Below, in pieces: positions 36,973-46,028 of a stretch of 64,000 bases of DNA. Position 1 is the first letter of the stretch, and each line of letters starts with the position of its first letter. Source of the stretch: Acidimicrobiales bacterium. GTDB taxonomy: Bacteria > Actinomycetota > Acidimicrobiia > Acidimicrobiales > SHLQ01. The notes beneath the pieces are model-generated. The model had not been told where the DNA came from. It saw only the letters and a list, made by a program, of their open reading frames with translations, and made no database searches. Position numbers and translations under genes: made by a program. Where the stretch lies: NCBI GenBank assembly GCA_020628865.1, contig JAHDEJ010000009.1:80039-144038 (forward strand), written 5' to 3'.

Positions 36973-37626
36973 TCAACGCCGAAGTACGACCAGCGTCTCG
37001 CGGAGCTCGGTCAGGCCGCGCTCTCGCATGGGCGCAGCCTTCTCGATCACGGACACGTCCTCGAGCGCGGTGAGCTCGTACGCAGCGCGGAAGTGCGCTT
37101 CGATCTCGGCGCGCGGCACCGAGTGCGGCGGCCCGGCCATCTCGGACTGGTCGTACTCGAAGGCCACGAGGAAGATCGGTGCTGCCGGCGGAAGGTTGGA
37201 CAGCAGATGGTTTGCGAATCGTTCCCGCATGTCGGGCGGGAGCGCCACCATGCTTGCCCGGTCGTACACCGCATCCACGGTGGCCAGGTGCGAACTCGTC
37301 AGGTCGAAGAGATCGCCACACCAGAGCTCGTACGGGCCCGACGACGACACGGTGAACGAGTCGACCTTGCGAACGTCGGGCTCGAGTCCGACACCGGCGA
37401 AGAAGTCGGCGATGGCGATGGGGCTGAGCTCCACGCCGAGCACGCGATGGCCCTGCTCGGCCAACCACACCATGTCCACGCTCCTGCCACAGAGCGGAAC
37501 GAACACGGTGGCGGCTTCGGCAAGACCCAGCGCGCTCCAGTGGTCGTCGAGCCAGCGATGGGGCACCTGCTGGTCGAAGGCCGTCTGCCCCTGCTCCCAC
37601 CGTTCGTGCCAGAAGTCGGCGTCCAT
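36973..37626 (-). CDS. tpm: thiopurine S-methyltransferase family protein
   Basis: FWHERWEQGQTAFDQ, VFVPLCGRSVDMVWLAEQGHRVLGVELS and YDRASMVALPP closely follow the bacterial TPMT pattern. The ATG is at 37626. Confidence 0.85.
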   Translation of the reverse strand: MDADFWHERWEQGQTAFDQQVPHRWLDDHWSALGLAEAATVFVPLCGRSVDMVWLAEQGHRVLGVELSPIAIADFFAGVGLEPDVRKVDSFTVSSSGPYELWCGDLFDLTSSHLATVDAVYDRASMVALPPDMRERFANHLLSNLPPAAPIFLVAFEYDQSEMAGPPHSVPRAEIEAHFRAAYELTALEDVSVIEKAAPMRERGLTELRETLVVLRR

Positions 37627-37627
37627 C

Positions 37628-38002
37628 TCAGGCCCTTTCGTGGTTTCGGAGCCGGCGCAGCTCTCGATCGAGTGGTTTGCGAGCTCGTCGCTGACCACCT
37701 TCTTCTTCGATGCGGCGAGCCAACGACTCGAGTACGGCCGCCAGACGCTCCCGATCGGGTTCCCAACCGTTCTGGTCGCATTCGTTGGCCCAGGCCGACA
37801 CCGTACGATGCCCGCGGCGCCCGTTGCACCGCTTGCAGGCGGCCACCTCGTTCTCCAACCAGCTCGGCCCGCCCTTGACGCGTGGGATGACATGCTCCGT
37901 GGTCGCCTCCACGAGGCCGACGTCCACCGGTCGACGGCACCAGACACACGTTGGTTCGTCGCGTCGCAGGATCAGATCGAGACGTTCCCGACGGTTCAGC
38001 AT
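37628..38002 (-). CDS. small HNH endonuclease
   Basis: Carries CVWCRRP..TTEHVIPRVKGG..NEVAACKRCNGRRG. The stop abuts the TPMT start. An alternative ATG is at 38026. Confidence 0.75.
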   Translation of the reverse strand: MLNRRERLDLILRRDEPTCVWCRRPVDVGLVEATTEHVIPRVKGGPSWLENEVAACKRCNGRRGHRTVSAWANECDQNGWEPDRERLAAVLESLARRIEEEGGQRRARKPLDRELRRLRNHERA

Positions 38003-38066
38003 CGTGGACCCAAACCTAGTCAGCATCTGGGTGGAACTCCGGGCCCGCATGGTGGATTCTGGACAA

Positions 38067-38900
38067 ATGGCCACCCGGAAGCGCAGCGACATTCCCGACG
38101 TTCCGTTCCGACCGCCCAAGGGACGCAACGTTGCGGTCGAGGTCATCGAGATGGGCGTGCTGGAGAAGCGGCGTCGACAGGTAGTGGACGACGGCGTGCC
38201 GGAACGTCTGACGTTCGAGTACCTCCTGCTCGTGTGGGGTGGCGCCGGTTGCCACATCGTCGACTTTCAGGAGATCGACCTCCGTCCGGGGCGGGTCGTG
38301 CGGGTTCGCCCCGGGCAGGTCCAGCAGTGGCAGGCCGCGAGCGCGTTGGACGCGGTCGCCATCATCGCCCGGGATGTGTCTGCGCAACGGTGGTTGGCCG
38401 GCGATCCCGCCTTCTGCGATCTGGACCCGAACCTGCTCGACGTCAGCCGACACCTCGTCGAGGCATTGGCGACGGTGCAGGATCGACCGAACGGGTCCCG
38501 ACTCGCCGCGCAGCTGTGGCAGTCGCTGGTTGACGTGTACGAGTTGGGCACCTCCGTTGATCGGCGTGATCTGCCGGAGCCATACGTCGCGTTCTGCGAA
38601 GCCATCGAGGCGAACCCCGGCGCATCGCACAACGTCGCCGACATCGTCGCCGGCCTGGCCTGGTCGGAGCGCACGATCCGGCGGGCATGTCTGGAGGTCA
38701 CCGGCCTCACTCCGAAACAACTCCTCAACCAGCGTCTGATGCTCGAAGCCAAACGGCTGCTGGCGCACACCGATCGATCCGCCGCCTCGATCGCGGCCGA
38801 ACTCCGCTTCTCGGAGGCGACCAACTTCCAGAAGTTCTTCCAGCGGCTGGCCGGCGTGAACCCGGGCGACTTTCGACGATCCGTTCGCGCCGTCGACTGA
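38067..38900 (+). CDS. AraC family transcriptional regulator (paralog of 25477-26349)
   Basis: The N-domain HIVDFQEIDLRPGRVVRVRPGQVQQW parallels HMVDFEPVVFEPGTMVRIHPGQVQRF in the other copy. C-terminal HTH IAAELRFSEATNFQKFFQRLAG. An alternative ATG is at 38049. Confidence 0.85.
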   Translation: MATRKRSDIPDVPFRPPKGRNVAVEVIEMGVLEKRRRQVVDDGVPERLTFEYLLLVWGGAGCHIVDFQEIDLRPGRVVRVRPGQVQQWQAASALDAVAIIARDVSAQRWLAGDPAFCDLDPNLLDVSRHLVEALATVQDRPNGSRLAAQLWQSLVDVYELGTSVDRRDLPEPYVAFCEAIEANPGASHNVADIVAGLAWSERTIRRACLEVTGLTPKQLLNQRLMLEAKRLLAHTDRSAASIAAELRFSEATNFQKFFQRLAGVNPGDFRRSVRAVD

Positions 38901-38915
38901 CTCGACGCGAACCGC

Positions 38916-39194
38916 TCAGCGGCGGGAGAGCCGGACGGCGAGTCCCGTGATCTGATCGGTTTCGAGCTTCAACCGGATCTGCCGGACGAGCTCCTCGCCC
39001 ATCCATTCCATCTCGCTCGCCCAGGCGGGATCGTCGACCTCGATCAGCAGCCGGCCCTCCTCGATGCGGACCGGCCGGGTGTGGGTGCCGATCACGTCGC
39101 CGACGAGCTCGGGCCACCGAGCGAAGATCGATTCGAGGATGCTGACCTCGGGGGCCTTCATGTGCTTCATCAGCCGGTTGACGCTGCCGCTCAT
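38916..39194 (-). CDS. DUF721 / DciA-like protein (Rv0004 position)
   Basis: ARWPELVGDVIGTHTRPVRIEEGRLLIEVDDPAWASEMEWMGEELV is the DUF721 core. It lies directly downstream of recF. The start may instead be the TTG at 39269, which overlaps the recF stop and adds 25 basic/Pro-rich residues. Confidence 0.7.
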   Translation of the reverse strand: MSGSVNRLMKHMKAPEVSILESIFARWPELVGDVIGTHTRPVRIEEGRLLIEVDDPAWASEMEWMGEELVRQIRLKLETDQITGLAVRLSRR

Positions 39195-39255
39195 TGGGCG
39201 CGGGCCATCCCATGCTTCGCGACGGGTACGCCGGTACGGGCGACGAGGTGGCGGA

Positions 39256-40380
39256 TCAGGTGGCGACAAGGTTGCCCTGCCCGAGTCGGATGGTGGCATC
39301 GGCGACAGCGCCGGGTGGAAGGTCGGTTGCCGAGGTGAGCAGGGTCTGTCCGCTCGGCAGCGCGGCGACCAGCGCCGCGGACCGGTCGTCGTCGAGTTCG
39401 CTGAAAACATCGTCGAGGATGAGGAGCGGCGCAACGCCGACGGTCGAGCGAACGAGTTCGTGCCCGGCGAGGCGCAAGGCCAGGGCGACGGATCGTTGCT
39501 CGCCCTGCGAGGCGTGCGTTCGGGCCGGCATGCCGTTGAGAAGGATCTCGACCTCGTCCCGATGAGGCCCGACCGTGCTGACGCCTCGGCGAACGTCGTC
39601 CTTGCGAGATGCCTCGAGCGCGGCGGCCATTCCCGTGTCGTCCCACGGTGCGACGTAGGCGAGAGAAACGTCGTGGTCGGTTCCGGCCACGGCCCGAAGC
39701 GCCGTGCGCACCAGCGGCGTGAGCTCCGCGATGACACCGTCACGAAGGGCGCACAGCTGATCGCCGATCTGGGCGAACTTCTGATCCCACACGTCGAGGG
39801 TGAAGGCGGCATCGGAGTTGAGCCGGCCGCCACAACCCTTGAGCAACGCGTTGCGTTGTTTGAGGACCTTCTCCATTTCCGCGCGGATCGCCTCGTTGCG
39901 AGGGTGGAGGCCGAGCAGCACGTGGTCGAGATAGGTGCGCCGTTCCCCTGGCGATCCCTTGACCAGTTCGAGGTCGTCGGGCGCGAACACGGTGACCGAC
40001 ATGACGCCGAGCAGGTCCTTGGTCCGCTGGACCTTCTGTCGGTTCATTTGGATGCGGGCGCGGCCGGTGCGAGGCAGTTCGGCCTCGAGGAGGAGCTCGC
40101 GGCCGTCGCTGCGGAGCTGTGCTCGGGCGATCGCGCGCTCGGCCCCGCGCTGGATGAGTGCGTCGGTCGGGGCGCCGCGGAACGACCGCATCGTGGCGAG
40201 CCAGGCGGTGGCTTCGACGATGTTGGTCTTGCCGGAACCGTTGGGCCCGACAATGGCCGTGACCCCGGGAGCAAATGTCATTTCGAAGCTGGAGTGCGAC
40301 CGAAATCCGCTGAGCCAGAGCTGTTCGAGGACGAGCGCAGAGCTGGCGGAGGCCGCGTCGACGGGCGGGGTGTCGGTCAC
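39256..40380 (-). CDS. recF: DNA replication and repair protein RecF
   Basis: LWLSGFRSH, Walker A GPNGSGKTNIVEA, SQGEQRSVALALRLA and Walker B LLILDDVFSELD are present. Confidence 0.95.
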   Translation of the reverse strand: MTDTPPVDAASASSALVLEQLWLSGFRSHSSFEMTFAPGVTAIVGPNGSGKTNIVEATAWLATMRSFRGAPTDALIQRGAERAIARAQLRSDGRELLLEAELPRTGRARIQMNRQKVQRTKDLLGVMSVTVFAPDDLELVKGSPGERRTYLDHVLLGLHPRNEAIRAEMEKVLKQRNALLKGCGGRLNSDAAFTLDVWDQKFAQIGDQLCALRDGVIAELTPLVRTALRAVAGTDHDVSLAYVAPWDDTGMAAALEASRKDDVRRGVSTVGPHRDEVEILLNGMPARTHASQGEQRSVALALRLAGHELVRSTVGVAPLLILDDVFSELDDDRSAALVAALPSGQTLLTSATDLPPGAVADATIRLGQGNLVAT

Positions 40381-40446
40381 CTCTCGAACCTACCGCGCCC
40401 CTACGACACCAACGTGCCGGGTCGGCGGATCACCAGATTCGTCAGC

Positions 40447-42108
40447 TCACCAGCGGGCGCGCATGTGGGAACGCAGGAGGTCCAGCCCGATCGAACCGGC
40501 GCTCAACAGGTCGTTGTGCCAGCGCTTCGGATCCCAATCCGGATGTGCTCGGGCCTCCTCTCGCAGATCGAGGATCGCCTGCTCACCGACCTTGTAGCTG
40601 ATCGCCTGGCCGGGCCAGCCGAAGTAGCGGGTGGCTTCGCTGTCGGCGACTTCGTCGTCGAGAAAGCCCCGGATCTTCAGGAGTTCGACGGCGAGCTCGT
40701 GGGTCCATTCCGAGCCCGGGTGGAACCAGGCGTCGTCGGGTATGGCGTAGCCGCAGTGCACGCCGATGTCGATGACGATTCGCGACGCCCGGAGAAGCTT
40801 GCTGACAAGCAGGCCGATCTCGTATTCGGGCTCCTCGAGATAGCCGAGCTCTCCCATCAGATGCTCGGCGTAGAGGGCCCAGCCCTCGCCCGAGCCCGGG
40901 TACCAGACGACCAATCGATGGAATCGGCTGAGCGTGTCGGCGAGGCTGAATTGCACGCCGACCTGCAGATGGTGGCCGGGAAAACCCTCGTGGTACGCGG
41001 TGGTGATCTCGCTGAAGAGCGGGAAGAAGGTGCGGCCGTCCACCGGGTACCAGACGGTTCCGGAGCGGCTGAAGTCTTCCGACGGTGGCGTGTAGTACGG
41101 GGCAAGTGAGCCGCCGCTGTCGTCGACCTTCACGTCGATCGTCCGAATCTGTTCGGGGACGTCGAAGTGTTCGCCGGAGAGCTGTTCGAGCGCCTGGGCT
41201 TGACGGTCCCGCATGACCTGCAGGAATTCCTCGAGACTGTTGGCGGCCATGTCCGGGTCGGTCGCCAGGCGTTCCATGACGGCTTCGGTCGTGGCATCCG
41301 GGTCGATCTGCGGTGCGAGCTCCTCGAGGCGGGCCCAGAGCCGGTCGAGTTCGGTCCATCCCCAGGCGTAGGTTGCGGCCGGGTCGAAGTCCGCGACTCC
41401 GAGCCAGTTTCGGGCGGCCTGGCGATACCGATCTTCACCCACACCGTCGGCCTCGCTCGCTCCGGGCCGGTAGTCGGCTTCGAGCCAGTCGGCGAAGCTG
41501 CCGAAGACGCCCTGCGCATGTTCCAGAGCGGCCGCCAGCTCGGCTCGTTGGTCGGGCGAGCCGCCGGACTCTTCGTGGGCATCGAGCATCCGGAGGAGGG
41601 CGGCGTCGTCCGCGGTGTTCGAGCGAGCCTGCCGAATGGCTTCTTCCACCTGACGGAGGGCCACGTGTTCGCCGGCGGCCGCCCCGGCGGCGAGGCTCGC
41701 CCGATAGCCGTCGATCGCCTGATCGATCGTCGCGAGACGAGCGATCAGGTTGCCCCACTGCTCAGGTGTCTCTTTCGGCATGAGGTCGACGATCTGCCGG
41801 ATGCCCTGCAGCGCCGAGGCGATGCTGTTCAGGTCGCGCCGGTGCTGGCCGGCGTCGGCCTGGGCGATCCACAGGTTGAGCTCATCGACCAGGACGTCGC
41901 GGGCCAGGGTTTCGTCCGGGCCGTCGATCGGGATGACCGACGCCTCGTCGAGCAGCGACGCCCACAGCTGCCGCCGGGCGGCGAACCCGTCCGGGGAAAG
42001 ATCGGTCCATCGGTCGTCATGGCCGTCGACCCCCATGAAGGTGGCAAACATCGGGTCGGCCGCCGTGACTTCGTCGGTGGCCCGGTCGCACAGCTCGTAG
42101 ATGCTCAT
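40447..42108 (-). CDS. DUF885 domain protein (putative metallopeptidase-like)
   Basis: Carries the HEGFPGHHLQ motif and GWALYAEHLM. The ATG at 42108 was chosen (MSIYELCDR) because the upstream part of ORF 40447..42432 is low-complexity junk. Confidence 0.8.
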   Translation of the reverse strand: MSIYELCDRATDEVTAADPMFATFMGVDGHDDRWTDLSPDGFAARRQLWASLLDEASVIPIDGPDETLARDVLVDELNLWIAQADAGQHRRDLNSIASALQGIRQIVDLMPKETPEQWGNLIARLATIDQAIDGYRASLAAGAAAGEHVALRQVEEAIRQARSNTADDAALLRMLDAHEESGGSPDQRAELAAALEHAQGVFGSFADWLEADYRPGASEADGVGEDRYRQAARNWLGVADFDPAATYAWGWTELDRLWARLEELAPQIDPDATTEAVMERLATDPDMAANSLEEFLQVMRDRQAQALEQLSGEHFDVPEQIRTIDVKVDDSGGSLAPYYTPPSEDFSRSGTVWYPVDGRTFFPLFSEITTAYHEGFPGHHLQVGVQFSLADTLSRFHRLVVWYPGSGEGWALYAEHLMGELGYLEEPEYEIGLLVSKLLRASRIVIDIGVHCGYAIPDDAWFHPGSEWTHELAVELLKIRGFLDDEVADSEATRYFGWPGQAISYKVGEQAILDLREEARAHPDWDPKRWHNDLLSAGSIGLDLLRSHMRARW

Positions 42109-42151
42109 TCTTCGATCGTAGGGGCTGGCGCTGGACGCCCGCCGGGCACGC

Positions 42152-42445
42152 TCAGTGGCCCATCGCCTTCTGGCTCCAGATGGCACCGCTGAGGATGGCG
42201 CCGAAGCCGCCGCCGATCCAGAAGGAGAGGTATGCGGCGTAGCCGAGGGCTTCACCGGTCGGCGTTCCGCCGACGACGAAGGCGGCGAGGACGCCGACGA
42301 ACACCACCAACATCGTGGTCGGCAGCACGATCTTGAGTGACGCCCCGACGTCGTGCTCCGCCACCGTCTCGGCGACCGGAGTTGGCGCCGCGGCCGGGGC
42401 CGGTGCGGTCTGTTCGGTTGGCTTGAGGGCAAGTGTTGCTGTCAT
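42152..42445 (-). CDS. small two-TM membrane protein, unknown function
   Basis: 97 aa with a Pro/Ala-rich N-terminus and two hydrophobic segments (LPTTMLVVFVGVLAAFVVGG; YLSFWIGGGFGAILSGAIW). Confidence 0.45.
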   Translation of the reverse strand: MTATLALKPTEQTAPAPAAAPTPVAETVAEHDVGASLKIVLPTTMLVVFVGVLAAFVVGGTPTGEALGYAAYLSFWIGGGFGAILSGAIWSQKAMGH

Positions 42446-42477
42446 GTCTTCACGATGACGGCGGCCCTCGTTTGCCC

Positions 42478-42951
42478 CTAGGGACCTATGTCCCGATTGG
42501 CGACCGGTTTCGAAAAGTAGACCCGCGTGTACCCGTGTTCGACGCCCCGATGGGTCTCGGTGAAGCCGCGCCGCGGATAGAAGGTGAGGTTCGAGACCAT
42601 CAGCTCGTTGGTGTAGAGCCGGATCTCTGCGAGCCCGAGCTGTGCCGCCTGCCGTTCCGCTTCACCCAGCAGCGCCGATCCGACGCCGAGACCCTGACCG
42701 GCCATGGGCACGGCCACGGTGTCCACGTAGAAGTGGGTGTCGACCGGCCACATGACGATCATGCCGACGCGTTCGCCGTCGTGGATGGCCATGGTGATCA
42801 CGCCGTCGTCGATGCGGGCGCGGTGGTCCTCGAGCATCGGTGCGGGCTTCTTCCCGATCGCCTCGACGTACTGCACATAGGCGTCGTCGATCGTGGTCAC
42901 GATCCAGTCGTGATCGGCGGGTTCGGCCGGTCGAAAACGAAGGTCGCTCAT
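42478..42951 (-). CDS. GNAT family N-acetyltransferase
   Basis: Motif A region VAVPMAGQGLGVGSALLGEAE and C-terminal FYPRRGF are present. The ATG at 42951 overlaps the mug stop (ATGA). Confidence 0.8.
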   Translation of the reverse strand: MSDLRFRPAEPADHDWIVTTIDDAYVQYVEAIGKKPAPMLEDHRARIDDGVITMAIHDGERVGMIVMWPVDTHFYVDTVAVPMAGQGLGVGSALLGEAERQAAQLGLAEIRLYTNELMVSNLTFYPRRGFTETHRGVEHGYTRVYFSKPVANRDIGP

Positions 42952-43526
42952 TGGGGTGGCTCCAGGGCGATGCCGGCGACCTCGGCTGGCTCGGCGTAGG
43001 CGACCGCCAACGAGGCGATCGTCTCGTGCGCGTTCAGTCCGGATGGGTTGGGCACGATCCAGAGCCGGCATCCCTCGAAGTCATCGTCCTGCTCGCCCAT
43101 GACGGCCTTCGGCTTCTTGAACGCGCTTCGGTAGGCGGTGATGCCGGCGATTGCGACGACGGCCGGCTGGTGTTCGGCGACGAACTGTCGAAGCTGCAGG
43201 CCGCCCTCACGAAGCTCTGTCGTGCTGAGTTCCGACGCCCGAGCCGTCGTGCGGTGGACGACGTTCGAGATGCCGATCCCCCGTTCCAGCAGGTGCGCCC
43301 GATCATCGTCGGTCATCCCCTCGCCGCGGTCGATCGTCCGGGTGATGATGCCGGACATCCTCAGCGCCGGATAGAAGCGGTTGCCGGGATGGGCGAAGTG
43401 CGTCTGGGTGGCGGCGGTCCACAGCCCGGGGTTGATCCCCACGAACAGCAGCTTCAGGTCGGGGCCGACGAGGTCGGGCACGGTGGCGTCCCGGAAGGAC
43501 TCGAGTTCATCGCGGCTGAAGCCCAT
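42948..43526 (-). CDS. mug: G/U mismatch-specific DNA glycosylase (Mug/TDG family)
   Basis: Carries the LLFVGINPGLWTA and WIVPNPSGLNAH motifs. The ATG at 43526 was chosen within the composite ORF 42948..44954. Confidence 0.85.
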   Translation of the reverse strand: MGFSRDELESFRDATVPDLVGPDLKLLFVGINPGLWTAATQTHFAHPGNRFYPALRMSGIITRTIDRGEGMTDDDRAHLLERGIGISNVVHRTTARASELSTTELREGGLQLRQFVAEHQPAVVAIAGITAYRSAFKKPKAVMGEQDDDFEGCRLWIVPNPSGLNAHETIASLAVAYAEPAEVAGIALEPPQ

Positions 43527-43571
43527 GGCCGGTGACGCTAGCGTCTGGGCACGGCGACACAAGGGGGATCC

Positions 43572-44003
43572 ATGGCGAGCGAGAACACGACGGTTCCGAC
43601 GGATGTCGATCCGTCGGACTTCATTGCACAGGTCGAGCACAACGGCCGGCGAGAGGACGCCGAGGTCCTGCTCGACTTCATGGCGCGGGTGACCGGACTC
43701 GAGGCCCAGATGTGGGGGCCATCGATCATCGGCTTCGGCCGTTACCACTACGTGTACGAGTCCGGGCGCGAGGGCGACTTCCTCATGGTCGGCTTCTCGC
43801 CGCGCAAGGCAAACATGGTCGTCTACCTGCTCCCCGGATACGACGATCTCGACGACGAGCTGGCCCGGCTCGGAAAGCACAAGAAGGGGGCCAGCTGCCT
43901 GTACCTGGGTCGGCTGTCGAACATCGATCTGTCGGTCCTGGAGGAGATGGTCCGCAAGTCGATCGCGTCGCTCGAGGCGAGCTACGACACGTTCCCTCGC
44001 TGA
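43572..44003 (+). CDS. DUF1801 (YdhG-like) domain protein
   Basis: MWGPSIIGFGRYHYVYESGREGDFLMVGFSPRKANMVVYL is typical of DUF1801. Confidence 0.7.
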   Translation: MASENTTVPTDVDPSDFIAQVEHNGRREDAEVLLDFMARVTGLEAQMWGPSIIGFGRYHYVYESGREGDFLMVGFSPRKANMVVYLLPGYDDLDDELARLGKHKKGASCLYLGRLSNIDLSVLEEMVRKSIASLEASYDTFPR

Positions 44004-44018
44004 TGCCACACTGACGCC

Positions 44019-44732
44019 ATGGACGCGATCGAGGAAGAACGGCTGAAGCGGAAGCGAGAGGTGGCCCTCGGCTACCGCATCTTCGCGAGCCTCCGCTGGG
44101 GTGATCTCGGCGACGGACACATCACGGCTCGGGACCCCGAGCTCGAGGACCACATGTGGCTGCTGCGATATCCGTGTGGGTTCGAACGGGCGACGGTGGA
44201 CGACCTCGTGTTGGTTCGCCCCGATGGCACGACGACGTGCGGTCGTGAGATCAACATGACCGCATACAACATCCACCATCCGATCCACGAGGCTCGCGCC
44301 GACGTCGTGTCGGTCGCGCACACCCACACTCCATGGGGTACGCCGTTCTCTGCGACGGGTCGGCCGATCGAAGCCATCACGCAGGAAGCCTGCACGTTTC
44401 ACGACCGATGGGCGTTCTTCGACGACGAAGAGGTGCAGATCCTGAATCGTGATGGAGGTGCACGCATTGCCGACGCACTGGGCGACAACCAGGTGGGCAT
44501 CCTCCGAAGCCACGGGCTGATCACCACCGGCCGGTCGGTGGCCGAGACGATCGCCGGGTTCGTCACGCTGGAGCGCGTGACGGAAGCGTTGATGAAGGCG
44601 GGTACCGGACACGCGATCTCCGACGACGCCGCCCGCATCGCTCGCGATGACCTTGTTCGCCACCGGTCGCTCGAGACGGCCTTCGACTTCCTCGTGCAGC
44701 GCCACGTCGGCGATCCCACGGTCGTCGGCTGA
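44019..44732 (+). CDS. class II aldolase / adducin N-terminal domain family protein
   Basis: GHITARDP.., IHHPIHEARADVVSVAHTHTPWG and GILRSHGLITTG follow the class II aldolase pattern. Confidence 0.8.
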   Translation: MDAIEEERLKRKREVALGYRIFASLRWGDLGDGHITARDPELEDHMWLLRYPCGFERATVDDLVLVRPDGTTTCGREINMTAYNIHHPIHEARADVVSVAHTHTPWGTPFSATGRPIEAITQEACTFHDRWAFFDDEEVQILNRDGGARIADALGDNQVGILRSHGLITTGRSVAETIAGFVTLERVTEALMKAGTGHAISDDAARIARDDLVRHRSLETAFDFLVQRHVGDPTVVG

Positions 44733-44778
44733 CGGGCTCTGGTTGCGTCGGCCACGACGGCCGGGGCAGGGTGGGTTC

Positions 44779-45969
44779 GTGGCACTCGACGAACACGCTG
44801 ACGAATCCGCCGGTCTGGGCCGGCTCGCCGACGCGATCCTCGAGACCGCGGTCGACCCCATCATCGTCATCGATGGCCGGGGCGTGATCCAGGAAGCGAA
44901 CGCTGCCACCACGGTGCTGTTCGGCCACGACCGCGACGACATGGTTGGCCGCAATGTGTCGATGTTGATGCCGGAGCCGTACCGCTCCGAGCACGATCGT
45001 TACCTGCAGCGCTACCTCGAGACCGGAGAGAAGCACATCATCGGGATCGGCCGTGAGGTGACCGCTCAGCGGGCGGACGGGTCCATCTTTCCCATCGCAC
45101 TGGCCGTCAGCGAAGTGGCGGCCGTCGACGACGGCGCCCGCTGGTTCACCGGGGTCATTCACGACCTGACGGAACGGTTCGCCGCCCAGCGGGCCCTGGA
45201 GGAAGCCAACCGCAACCTCGAGGGGCAGGTGGCCGAACGCACCGCCGAGCTCCGGTCGCTGCTCACCGACCTGGAGCGATCCAACCGCGACCTCGAACAG
45301 TTCGCCTACATCGCGTCCCACGATCTGCAAGCGCCGCTGCGCAACGTGCGTCAGGGCCTCGAACTTCTCGACGCCCACCTGCGGGACACCGCCGGGACGG
45401 GGTTCGACGACGAGGCCCACGAGCTGCAGCAACTCATCACCGCCGCGGTGCGGCGCATGGAGGATCTGGTGACCGGCCTCCTCCATCTGGCACGGGTGGA
45501 CCGCCTCGCCGGTCGACCGACGGACCCGATCGACCTGAACGAGCTGGTCGAAGAGTTGGAGCAGCTGCTGCATGTCGACATTCAGCGTGTCGAGGCATCG
45601 CTGACGGTGGGCGAGTTGCCGACGGTGCCCGGCGATCGGGTCCAGCTCCGGCAGTTGTTGCAGAGCCTGCTGCAGAACGCGCTGCGGTATCGCCAACCGG
45701 ACGAGGCGCCCGACATCACGATCACCGCCACCCAAAGCGATGACGAGTGGATCGTGTCGGTGGGCGATGACGGCGTCGGCATCGACGAACGTGAGCACGA
45801 GCGCATCTTCGAGCTGTTCCGTCGGGGACAGACCGGACAGGAAGGTGTGGGCCTCGGCCTTGCGCTGGCCCAGCGGGTGGCCGAGCGCCACGACGGTCGC
45901 ATCTGGGTCGAGTCGGCACCGGGGCAGGGCGCGACGTTTCATGTGGCGCTCCCGAAACGAGCAGGCTGA
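44779..45969 (+). CDS. cytoplasmic PAS-domain sensor histidine kinase (HisKA type)
   Basis: PAS domain (ILETAVDPIIVIDGRGVIQEANAATTVLFGH..GRNVSMLMPE), H-box FAYIASHDLQAPLRNV and HATPase G-boxes (DDGVGID; GVGLGLAL) are present. No TM segment. GTG at 44779 was chosen downstream of the aldolase stop. Confidence 0.85.
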   Translation: MALDEHADESAGLGRLADAILETAVDPIIVIDGRGVIQEANAATTVLFGHDRDDMVGRNVSMLMPEPYRSEHDRYLQRYLETGEKHIIGIGREVTAQRADGSIFPIALAVSEVAAVDDGARWFTGVIHDLTERFAAQRALEEANRNLEGQVAERTAELRSLLTDLERSNRDLEQFAYIASHDLQAPLRNVRQGLELLDAHLRDTAGTGFDDEAHELQQLITAAVRRMEDLVTGLLHLARVDRLAGRPTDPIDLNELVEELEQLLHVDIQRVEASLTVGELPTVPGDRVQLRQLLQSLLQNALRYRQPDEAPDITITATQSDDEWIVSVGDDGVGIDEREHERIFELFRRGQTGQEGVGLGLALAQRVAERHDGRIWVESAPGQGATFHVALPKRAG

Positions 45970-45979
45970 CGCACCCGCG

Positions 45980-45993
45980 GGGACCTTGGTCCC
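45980..45993. promoter_or_regulatory. DevR/DosR-box-like palindrome GGGACCTTGGTCCC
   Basis: Perfect GGGAC-N4-GTCCC core. The centre is 42.5 nt upstream of the ATG at 46029. Confidence 0.55.
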
Positions 45994-46028
45994 TTCTCGA
46001 TCATCCCTCCCCCGGTCACCGTGGGCAC

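Noticed and set aside
39064-41109. 681-aa ORF on the plus strand
   Set aside because: It is an antisense shadow of recF and the DUF885 gene, with no motifs.
43527-44954. Upstream 476 aa of ORF 42948..44954 (minus strand)
   Set aside because: It is antisense to the DUF1801, class II aldolase and PAS-kinase genes. Only the C-terminal 192-aa Mug glycosylase is credible.
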